Shown piece after piece: positions 30,001 through 40,785 of a stretch of 64,000 bases of DNA. The translations under genes were made by a program, and so were the position numbers. The notes below the pieces were generated by a model, which saw nothing but the letters and a program-made list of their open reading frames with translations, ran no database searches and was not told where the DNA came from. Positions within the stretch are counted from its first letter, which is position 1. Each line of letters opens with the position of its first letter. The stretch spans positions 372,001-436,000 of the forward strand of contig JBNRSN020000194.1 of assembly GCA_051313645.2 (NCBI GenBank), in the 5' to 3' direction. This stretch comes from Centroscyllium fabricii (taxonomy: Eukaryota).

Positions 30001-33000
30001 AGCACCAGCCTCTGACTGAGAATAATCGGTGCACCCGCCCCTGAATGAGAATACTCAGACCACTCACCCCGACTGAGAATACTCTGAGCACCCGCCCCTT
30101 ACTGAGTAAACTGAGAGCACCCGCTCCTGACTGAGAATACTCGGAGCACCCGCCCCTGACTGAGAATACTCGGAGCACCCGCACCTGATTTAGAATAATC
30201 GGAGCACCCACCCCTGACTGAGAATACTCGGAGCACCCGACCCTGACTGATACTACTCGGAGCACCCGCCCCGACTCAGAATGCTTTTGGCACCCGGCGT
30301 GACTGAGAATACTCGGAGCTCGTACCCCTGACTGATTATACTCAGAGCACCCGCCCCTGACTGAGAATACTCGGAGCTCCCGCCCCTGACTGAGAATACT
30401 CGGAGCTCCCGCCCCTGACTCAGAATACTGAGAGCACCCGCCCCTGACTGAGAATACTCGGAGCACCCGCTCGTGACTGAGAATACTGAGAGCACCAGCC
30501 CCTGACGGAGAATACTGAGAGCACCCGCCCCTGACTGAGAATACTCGGAGCACACGCCCCTGACTGAGAATAATCGGAGCTCCCGCCCCTGACTCAGATT
30601 ACTGAGAGCACCAGCCCCTGACTGAGAATACTGAGAGCACCCGCACGTGACAGAGAATACCCGGAGCACCCGCCCCTGACTGAGAATAATGAGAGTACCC
30701 GCCCCTGACTGAGGATACTGAGAGCACCCGCCCCTGACTGACAATACTCAGAGTTCCCGCCACTGACTGAGGATACTCAGAGCAGTCGCACCTGACTGAG
30801 GATACTCGGAGCACCTGCCCCTGACTGAGAATACTCGGAGTACCCGCCCCTGACTGATGATACTGAGAGCACTCGCCTCTGACTGAGGATACTTGGAGCA
30901 CCCGCGCCTGACTGAGAATACTCGGAGTACCCGCACCTGACTGAGGATACTGAGAGCACCCGCCCCTGACTGAGTATACTCAGGGCGCTCACCCCTGACT
31001 GAGAAAACTCAGAGTACCCACCCCTGACTGATGAGACTCAGAGCACTTGCCCTTGACTGAGAATACTGAGAGCACCAACCCCTGACTGAGAATACGCGGA
31101 GTACCCGTCCCTGACTGAGGATACTCAGAGTACCTGCCCCTGACTGAGGATACTGAGAGCACCCGCCCCTGACTGAGAATCCTCGGAGCACCAGCCTCTG
31201 ACTGAGAATAATCGGTGCACCCGCCCCTGAATGAGAATAATCAGACCACTCACCCCGACTGAGAATACTCTGAGCACCCGCCCCTTACTGAGTATACTGA
31301 GAGCACCCGCCCCTGAGTGAGAATACTCAGAGCACCCGCCCCTGACTGAGAATACTCGGAGCACCCGCCCCTGATTTAGAATAATCGGAGCACCCACCCT
31401 TGACTGAGAATACTCGGAGCACCCGCCCCTGACTGATACTACTCGGAGCACCCGCCCAGACTCAGAATGCCTTTGGCACCCGGCGTGACTGAGAATAATC
31501 GGAGCTCCCACCCCTGACTGAGTATACTCAGAGCACCCGCCCCTGACTGAAAATACTCGGAGCACACACCCCTGACTGAGGATACTTGGAGCACCCGCCC
31601 CTGACTGAGAATATTCGGAGCACTCGCCCCTGACTGATAATACTGAGAGCACCCGCACCTGACTGAGGATACTCAGAGCACCCACACCTGACTAAGAATA
31701 CTGAGAGCACCAGCACCTGACTGAGCATACTGAGAGCACGCGCCCCTGACTGAGAATACTTAGAGCACCTGCCTCTGACTGAGAATATTGAGAGCACCCG
31801 CTCCTGACTGAGAATACTGTGAGCACCCGCCCCTGACTGAGAATACTCGGAGCACACGCCCCTGACTGAGAATACTCGGAGCTCCCGCCCCTGACTCAGA
31901 ATACTGAGAGCACCCGCCCCTGACTGAGAATACTCGGAGCACCCGCCCCTGACTGAGAATACTGAGAGCACCAGCCCCTGACTGAGAATACTGAGAGCAC
32001 CCGCCCCTGACTGAGAATAACCGGAGCACCCGCCCCTGACTGAGAATAGTGAGAGCACCCGCCCCTGACTGAGAATACTCGGAGTACCCGCCCCTGACTG
32101 AGAATATTCGGAGCACCCGCCCCTGACTGAGAATACTCGGAGCACCCGTCCCTGACTTAGAATAATCGGAGCACCCGCCCCTGACTGAGAATACTCGGAG
32201 CACCCGCCCCTGACTGATACTACTCGGAGCACCCGGCCCTGACTCAGAATGCCTTTGGCACCCGGCGTGACTGAGAATACTCGGAGCTCCCACCCCTGAC
32301 TGAGTATACTCAGAGCAACCGCCCCTGACTGAGAATACTCGGAGCTCCCGCCCATCACTGAGTATACTCGGAGCACCCGCCCCTGACTGAGAATACTCGG
32401 AGCACACACACCTGACTGATAATACTTGGAGCACCCGCCCCTGACTGAGAATATTCGGAGCACTCGCCCCTGACTGAGAATACTGAGAGCACCCGCCCCT
32501 GACTGAGGATACTCAGAGCACCCACCCCTGACTGAGAATACTGAGAGCACCCGCACCTGACTGAGCATACTGAGAGCACGCGCCCCTGACTGAGAATACT
32601 TAGAGCACCTGCCCCTGACTGAGAATATTGAGAGCACCCGCTCCTGACTGAGAATACTGTGAGCACCTGCCCCTGACTGAGAATACTCGGAGCACACGCC
32701 CCTGACTGTGAATACTCGGAGCTCCCGCCCCTGACTCAGAATAATGAGAGCACCCGCCCCTAACTGAGAATTCTCGGAGCACCCGCCCCTGACGGAGAAT
32801 ACTGAGAGCACCAGCCCCTGACTGAGAATACTGAGAGCACCCGCCCCTGACTGAGAATAACCGGAGCACCCGCCCCTGACTGATAATAGTGAGAGCACCC
32901 GCCCCTGACTGAGAATACTCGGAGTACCCGCCCCTGACTGAGAATATTCGGAGCACCCGCCCCTGACTGAGAATACTCGGAGCACCCGTCCCTGACTTAG

Positions 33001-36000
33001 AATAATCGGAGCACCCGCCCCTGACTGAGAATACTCGGAGCACCCGCCCCTGACTGATACTACTCGGAGCACCCGGCCCTGACTCAGAATGCCTTTGGCA
33101 CCCGGCGTGACTGAGAATACTCGGAGCTCCCACCCCTGACTGAGTATACTCAGAGCAACCGCCCCTGACTGAGAATACTCGGAGCTCCCGCCCATCACTG
33201 AGTATACTCGGAGCACCCGCCCCTGACTGAGAATACTCGGAGCACACACACCTGACTGATAATACTTGGAGCACCCGCCCCTGACTGAGAATATTCGGAG
33301 CACTCGCCCCTGACTGAGAATACTGAGAGCACCCGCCCCTGACTGAGGATACTCAGAGCACCCACCCCTGACTGAGAATACTGAGAGCACCCGCACCTGA
33401 CTGAGCATACTGAGAGCACGCGCCCCTGACTGAGAATACTTAGAGCACCTGCCCCTGACTGAGAATATTGAGAGCACCCGCTCCTGACTGAGAATACTGT
33501 GAGCACCTGCCCCTGACTGAGAATACTCGGAGCACACGCCCCTGACTGTGAATACTCGGAGCTCCCGCCCCTGACTCAGAATAATGAGAGCACCCGCCCC
33601 TAACTGAGAATTCTCGGAGCACCCGCCCCTGACGGAGAATACTGAGAGCACCAGCCCCTGACTGAGAATACTGAGAGCACCCGCCCCTGACTGAGAATAC
33701 CCGGAGCACCCGCCCCTGACTGAGAATAGTGAGAGCACCCGCCCCTGACTGAGAATACTCGGAGCACCCGCCCCTGACTGGGAATTTTCGGAGCACCCGA
33801 CCCTGACTTAGAATAATCGGAGCACCCGCCCCTGACTGATAATTCTCGGAGCACCCGCCCCTGACTGATACTACTCGGAGCACCCGCCCCTGACTCAGAA
33901 TGCCTTTGGCACCCGGCGTGACTGAGAATACTCGGAGCTCCCACCCCTGACTTAGTATACTCAGAGCACCCGCCACTGACTGAGAATACTCGGAGCTCCC
34001 ACCCATGACTGAGTATACTCGGAGCACCCGCCCCTGACTGAGAATACTCGGAGCACACACCCCTGACTGAGAATACTTGGAGCACCCGCCCCTGACTGAG
34101 AATATTCGGAGCACTCGCCCCTGACTGAGAATACTGAGAGCACCCGCCCCTGACTGAGGATACTCAGAGCACCCACCCCTGACTGAGAATACTGAGAGCA
34201 CCCGCACCTGACTGAGCATACTGAGAGCCCGCGCCCCTGACTGAGAATACTTAGAGCACCTGCCCCTGACTGAGAATACTGTGATCATCCGCCCCTGACT
34301 GAGAATACTCGGATCACACGCCCCTGACTGTGAATACTCGGAGCTCCCGCCCCTGACTCAGAATAATGAGTGCACCCGCCCCTAACTGAGAATACTCGGA
34401 GCACCCGCCCCTGACTGAGAATACTGAGAGCACCAGCCCCTGACTGAGAATACTGAGAGCCCTCTCCCCTGACTGAGAATACCCGGAGCACCCGCCCCTG
34501 ACTGAGAATAGTGAGAGCACCCGCCCCTGACTGAGAATACTCGGAGTACCCGCCCCTGACTGAGAATACTCGGACCACCCACCCCTGACTGAGAATGGTT
34601 GGAGCACCCGCCCCTGACTGAGAATACTCGAAATACCCGCCCCTGACTGAGAATACTCGGAGTACCCACCACTGATTTAGAATATTCAGAGCACTCGCCC
34701 CTGACTGAAAATACTCGGAGTACCCGCCCCTGACTGGGAATACTCGGAGTACCCACCACTGATTTAGAATATTCAGAGCACTCGCCCCTGACTGAAAATA
34801 CTCGGAGTACCTGCCCCTGACTGAGAATACTCGGAGCACCCGCCCTGTCTGAGAATACTCAATGCACCCGCCCCTGACTGAGGATACTGAGAGCACCTGC
34901 CCCTGACTGAGAATACTCGGAGCACCTGCCCCTGAATGAGAATACTCAGAGCACCCACCTCTGACTGAGAATACTGTGAGTACCCGCCTCTGAATTAGAA
35001 TACTCGGGGCACCCGCCCCTGACTGAGAATACTCGGAGCACCCGCCCCTGACTGAGAATACTCAAAGCACCCGCCACTGACTTAGGATACTGAGAGCACC
35101 CGCCCCTGACTGAAAATACTCAGAGCACCCGCCCCTGACTGATAATACTTGGAGCACCCGCCCCTGACTGAGAATACTTGGAGTACCCGCCCCTGACTGA
35201 GAATACTCGGAGCACCCGCCCCTGACTGAGAATACTCAAAGCACCCGCCACTGACTTAGGATACTGAGAGCACCCGCCCCTGACTGAAAATACTCAGAGC
35301 ACCCGCCCCTGACTGATAATACTTGGAGCACCCGCCCCTGACTGAGAATACTTGGAGTACCCGCATCTGATTGAGAATACTCGGAGCACCCGCCCCTGAC
35401 TGAGAATACTGAGAGTACCCGCCCCTGACTGAGAATACTGAGAGCACCCGCCCCTGACTGAGAATACTCAGAGTACCCGCCCCTGACTGAGGTTACTCAG
35501 AGCCCTCGCCCCTGACTGAGGATACTTGGAGCACCTGCCTCTGACTGAGAATACTTGGAGCACACGCCCCTGTCTGAGAATACTCGGAGTGCCCGCCCCT
35601 GACTGAGTTTTCTCAGAGTAGCCGCCCCTGACTGAGGAGACTCAGAGCACTTGCCCCTGACTGAGAATACTGAGACACCCGCCCCTGACTGAGAATACTC
35701 AGAGCACTTGCCCCTGACTGAGAATACTGAGAGCACACGCCCCTGAATGAGAATACTGAGAGCACACGCCCCTGAATGAGAATACTGAGAGCACCCGCCC
35801 CTGACTGCGAATACTGAGAGCACCCGCCCCTGACTGAGAATACTCAGAGTACCCGCCCCTGACTGAGGATACTCAGAGTACCCGCCCCTGACTGAGGATA
35901 CTCAGAGTACCCACCCCTGACTGAGGATACTCAGAGCACCCTCCCCTGACTGAGAATACTCGGAGCACCCGCCCCTGACTGAGAATACTTGGAGTACCCG

Positions 36001-36060
36001 CCCCTGACTGAGGATACTCAGAGTACCCGCCTCTGACTGAGAATGGTTGGAGCACCTCCT
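1..36060. repeat. 29-bp tandem satellite array with higher-order repeat structure; open at the left window edge
   Basis: Uninterrupted head-to-tail monomers, consensus CTGACTGAGAATACTCGGAGCACCCGCCC, with recurrent 28-bp and 25-bp variants. ORF-track peptides repeat every 29 aa (87 nt = 3 monomers). Confidence 0.98.
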
Positions 36061-36167
36061 CCACTTATTGAAATTACACCACTAACTGAGAATAGTTGTA
36101 GTTAACCACCTTCCAACCCCACCCCCAACACCCACCTGAGAAATTTGTAGTACCTGCCCTTGTCTGA

Positions 36168-36279
36168 GTATAGTGCTAAGGCAGGTAAATGGAGTTGAGG
36201 TACAGATCAACCATGATCTAAATGAATGATGAAACAGGCTTGCGGGGCTGAATGGCCTATTCCTGTTCCTATGTTCCTA
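36168..36279 (+). mobile_element. 3' tail fragment of a HER1-type (CR1) LINE
   Basis: GATCAACCATGATC...GGGGCTGAATGGCCTATTCCTGTTCCTATGTTCC; the same tail ends the SINEs at 49341 and 59611. Confidence 0.8.
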
Positions 36280-36361
36280 AATTCATTGCAGCACCTCCTC
36301 CCCGATTGCAAATGATTGTAGAACCCCTATCAGAATGTAATTGCAGTGCCCCTATCCCCAT

Positions 36362-36470
36362 TGAGATCAGCCAACACAGCAAGACTAGAGATTGAATCTG
36401 GGACCTTGTTAGTCTTTAATGGCTGAGTGCCACACCATCCAGTGTACTTACTCACAGTCATTGTGAGAGC
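36362..36470 (-). mobile_element. Degenerate tRNA-derived SINE head
   Basis: Minus strand has a decayed A-box-like TGACTGTGAGTAA and B-box-like GGTCCCAGATTCAATCT, followed by GCTGATCTC. Recognised from memory of shark SINEs, not confirmed by search. Confidence 0.5.
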
Positions 36471-36491
36471 ATAAATTAATCAGTTCTAGTA

Positions 36492-37043
36492 GCTTTTCCA
36501 CCATCTACAAGGCACAAGTCAGGAGTGTGATGGAATACTCTTCACTTGCCTGGATGTGTGCAGCTCCAACAACACTCAAGAAGCTCGACACCATCCAGGA
36601 CAAAGAAGCCCGCTTGATTGGCACCACATCCACCACCTTAAGCATTCACTCCCTCCACCACTGGTGTACCATGCCTGCAGTGAGTACCATCTACAAGATG
36701 CACTGCAGCAAATTGACAAGGCTTCTTCAACAGCACCTCTCAAACCTACAACCTCTTCCACCTAGAAGGACAAGGGCAGCAGGTGCATGGGAACACCACC
36801 ACCTCCATGTTCCTCTCCAAGTCACACACCATCCCGACTTAGAAATATATCGCTGATCCTTCATCGTCGCTGGGTCAAAATCCTGGAACTCCCTCCCTAA
36901 CAGCACTGTGGGAGTACCTTCACCACACGGACTGCAGTGGTTCAAGAAGGTGGCTCACCACCACCTTCTAAAGGGCAATTAGGGATGGGCAATAAATGCT
37001 GGTCTTACCAGTGACGCCCACATCCCATGAGCAAATAAAAAAA
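36492..37043 (+). mobile_element. 5'-truncated CR1-group LINE (RT C-terminus and 3' UTR)
   Basis: Translates YKAQVRSVMEYSSLAWMCAAPTTLKKLDTIQDKEARLI and ends in an A-rich tail; homologous to the copy at 48459-49110. Confidence 0.85.
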
Positions 37044-37110
37044 TATCAAGTACCTTCTGAATTTCTGACCATGTATCCTTATTTAGTGCCCAATCCTTAG
37101 CCAACATATC

Positions 37111-38004
37111 GGGCTGGATTTTGTCAGCCCTGAGGAGGCAGATATGGAGGTGGGACTGCCAGTAAAGTTGCAGAATTTGGGGGTGGCTGACAAATCCGTC
37201 TCCAACCCGCCTCCGTGCCCTCTTGCCAGGAGGCAGGAATCAGTCCGGCCCCAGGTCCCATCTTCTCGAGGCGGGAAATTGATTAAAGCCCATTAACTGC
37301 CTGTTAACAGAACCTGGGATGCATTACAACTGGATAGCTAATGGTACAAGTAAAGAAACAGGTTAACAGGTAGTTAACAGGCAGAAAATAGGATTATCCC
37401 CATTTTTAGCTCTGAAGTGCAGGCTTCCCAACCTCAGGAAACCCCGCCAGGGTGTAGGAGATGAGAAAGAGGTCTGTGGGGGTCAGAGGGTCTGAAAGTG
37501 AGATGTTGAGGTGAGTGATGGGTGTAAGTGTGGAGTGGTAAGTATGTAAGGTGAGTGTTAAGTGTTATAAAATGTTCTTTGTTTCTGCCTACAGCCTTCT
37601 GCCGCTGTGGAGCTGGAGCCACAACATCTCCATTGTAGAGATCACAGATTGGCTGTTGGATCCTCCGAACCAACAGCCAGGTGATTTCTGCAAAGGTGAA
37701 AAGTTTGATGAGTCCTGAACACAAGCACTCATCAAACTATACATAATGTCAGTGTTTGACAGCTGCACAGAGCTGTCAAATGCTGACATTTCTTCTTTCA
37801 AAAGTTTTTGACAGATGGCACGTCATACGTTGACGTGCTCTGTCATTGACTTCCCCAATTGGGCTGCTGAGCCCGCTGGGCGGGCTTAACAAGGTTAATC
37901 AGGGAAAAATACCGTTGGTTGGGCAGAAGCTGATGGAGGCGGGATTGAAAGCTGGCAAGCAGCAGTCCCACCTCCAAAAGCTTCCCATTGAGAAAACCCA
38001 GCCC
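37111..38004. mobile_element. Putative non-autonomous DNA transposon (PIF/Harbinger-like MITE)
   Basis: Terminal inverted repeats GGGCTGGATTTT ... AAAACCCAGCCC (11/12 match). Flanks ATC and GTT are each one change from ATT. No transposase ORF. Confidence 0.55.
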
Positions 38005-39349
38005 GTTGGTTCAGTTGTATTATCTTAGATATTTTCCTTTGGAATCCTGCTCAAGATTGAAATAGTCAGCAATACCTGTGGTGGCAAAATCCATAATGGA
38101 GCATGTCCTGTGCCCCTTGCACAAGTGTCTGTTACAACACATTACTTATTGTGCTAAGATTTACTATAATTTATTAAAATAATTAATCTTTATGATATAT
38201 TAAGTCACACTGTCTAAATTATTCACAGCTAAATATGCATAGGTTATCACAGCAACATATTTTAATAATCAGAGTCATTGCTGCTTTTTAAATAATTCAT
38301 TCGTACTACATTTGCCGGCTATAATAATGCTTACTTTACATGAATGTACCATGAGAAATTAAATTAGCTCCAACCCAAATAAGGGCCACCGCAGTGTTTA
38401 TATTCTATTAAAACTGATTTACTTATGCCCTCCTAATGGCTAAGTGATTATCTAAAATTATCGTATTCTAGATACTGTAGATTTAAATCAATTTAGTGCA
38501 ATAATCATACAACACAGTAGTACAACTCTTAAACTATCAATAATAAGCAAACAATCTTTGTAACTATCTTCACTAATTGTAATTCCCCAATTCAATGAGA
38601 AACAAAAAGCAAACATCTGGTGAAATAATAATAAACGGTTGACCTAGCCAGTTTAAACTGTGAGATCATTTACTTTAGCAGTTCTATATGTGCTTATCTA
38701 ACTAAAGGTGCATTCCCACGCCATCTTTAGCGCCACTTCCCTCTTTGCAATGATGCTAAAGATGTTGTGCAAGCAAGGTCAATGGCAGATTGAATCGATT
38801 CCCAGACCCAACGCTCTAATCAATTCAAGTTTTATTGTCATTGCAGAGTACGAGTACAATATAACGAAACGAAGACTCACTGCTCCCGAGAGTAGTGCAA
38901 ATAAGTTACATACAATTTCATACAATAAAGTACATTTTCAGGTGTGCAGATACTGGAGATTTTTGTTAGAATTCAGGAGACTGACAGCCCTGGGGAAGAA
39001 GCTGTTCTTGAATCTGGTCGTGCGGGTGCGGATTGATCTGTAGCATCTCCCGGAGGGCAGGGGGGTGAACAGACTGTGGCTGGGGTGTGTGGGGTCTTTA
39101 ATAATGTTCAGAGTCCTCCGTAGGCAATGATTGAGGTAGGTGCATTCGATTGACGGTAGCTGGCTGCCGGTGATTCGTTGGGCAGTTTTGACTACCCACT
39201 GCAGGGCCGAGATGGTGCAGTTCCCATACCAGACTGTGATGCAATTTGTCAGTATGCTTTCGATTGTGCAGTGGTAGAAGTTGGAGAGGATGCCGGATGA
39301 AAGCTTGGCTTTTTTCAGCTTCCTTAGGAAGTACAGGCGCTGTTGGGCC

Positions 39350-40099
39350 GTTGGTCGGCGTCGGGCTCTGTTTCTTCGCTCCCGAGGTGCGGGAGCAGGA
39401 AGATCTCGGCAGGCTAAATTGGGCCGTTGGTTGCCGTCGGGCGCTGCTCCTTTGTTCCCGTGGTGCGGGAGCAGGAAGAGGTAGTCGGGCCTTTATCGGG
39501 CCGTTGGTCGGCGTCGAGCGCTGTTCCTTCTCTCCAGAGGTGTGGAAGGTAGAGGAGGTTGTCGGGCCTTCATCGGGCCGTTGTCATTGTCGGGCGTTGT
39601 CCCTTTGCTCCAGAGATGCGGGAGCATGAAGAACTCGTCGGGCGTGAATCGGGCCGTTGGTTGCAGGTGAACTCTTTCACTTTTCTTCCAGAAGACTCTA
39701 TGGGCATTCATGGAACAGTGGTCGGAGTTGGGGACTAGTTTTCTTCAATCCAGGAGCTGAGAAATTGGTTGGCCTGAGTGGTCTGCGGTCGGATGGATGG
39801 ATGGTTGGCGATCGGGTCGCCTTCTGCACTCCCTTAAACATTGATTAACTTGAACATTTATATATATTGAATTGGTTGAATAGCGTCGAATCTAGGAACC
39901 GGAGCACATGCGGACCCTCAACGATGGCGCCGGAAAAATGGCTTAACGTCTTGTGGGTTCTCACGTGCTGTGTGTCTTTGTTCTTTGTTGTTTAGTTGTA
40001 GTTGTTTGGTTGATACATAGTGCATGAAAACTGCAGTAAGCATTTCACCTTCTGAATTTGTTGTTTATTTTCAGTTGTGTGACAAATAAAATTTACTTA
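39350..40099 (+). mobile_element. Unclassified ~750-bp retroposon-like insert with 76-77-bp tandem repeats and an AATAAA-(TTAC)n tail
   Basis: Interrupts the Rex1 RT between ...SSLIK and AQQRL. GGGCCGTTG units start at 39345, 39421, 39498, 39575 and 39651; it ends GACAAATAAAATTTACTTAC. Confidence 0.65.
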
Positions 40100-40459
40100 C
40101 TTAATCAGAGAAGAGGTGTTTAGTGACCAGGAGAGATCTTCCGAGATGTGGACCCTGAGCAACTTGAAGCTGGACACCCTTTCCACCTCAGCCCCTTGGA
40201 TGAAATGGGGATGTGTCTTCTGCTTTTAGTCTTCCGGAGGTCCACTATGATCTCCTTGGTTTTCTTGGTGTTCAGTGCCAGGTTGTTATCGGCACACCAT
40301 CCCACAAGGCACTGAATCTCATCCCTGTAGGCTGACTCATCGTTGTTGGTGATCTGGTGTCGTCCGCGAACTTGATGATCGTGTTGAAGCCGTTGGCAGC
40401 CGCACAGTCGTGGGCAAAGAGGGAGTAGAGGAGGTGGCTCAGCACACAGTCTTGTGAGG

Positions 40460-40746
40460 TGTGGAGCCTCAAATCAGAGCCGACAGCTTGTTCTTAACAA
40501 AAGGCTTTTATTTACAAAGAACTGAACCTTGTCTCGGATGAGTCCGCCCGGAATGAGAGTCAGGTGGGCGGAGCATTCTCCTTTATACTCGAACCCAGAG
40601 ACGGGGTCAGCCAGTCCAGGTCCTTACAGAAAGGTACAGATATATTAACCCAAACTATATACATTAATCCAGAAAGGCACAGATATATTAACCCAAACTA
40701 TATACAATAATCACACAGTGTGAACCACACCAAAAGGTTCATCATA
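40460..40746 (-). repeat. 3' LTR of the Gypsy element (287 bp)
   Basis: TGTGGAGCC...TTCATCATA; about 10 differences by eye from the 5' LTR; contains TATAAA, AATAAA (minus strand) and a 43-bp-period internal duplication. Confidence 0.95.
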
Positions 40747-40760
40747 TTCACCCCTTCCTT
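40747..40760 (-). promoter_or_regulatory. Polypurine tract of the Gypsy element
   Basis: Minus strand AAGGAAGGGGTGAA directly abuts the 3' LTR. Confidence 0.85.
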
Positions 40761-40785
40761 AAAAACAAGTATCGCAGGGCGAATA

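Noticed and set aside
1-36060. CRISPR array (repeat length 29 bp)
   Set aside because: Monomers are contiguous with no unique spacers, there are no cas genes, and the context is vertebrate.
82-36064. Many long minus-strand ORFs (up to 736 aa) of SQGRVLRVFSVRGGCSEYSQSGAGAPSIL repeats
   Set aside because: Artefact of a 29-bp monomer whose minus-strand consensus is stop-free. The same peptide appears in all three frames, and stops and frame-shifting monomers occur freely.
37434-37801. Short ORFs inside the putative MITE as transposase or Myb-like remnants
   Set aside because: No recognisable DDE or Myb/SANT motif in the translations.
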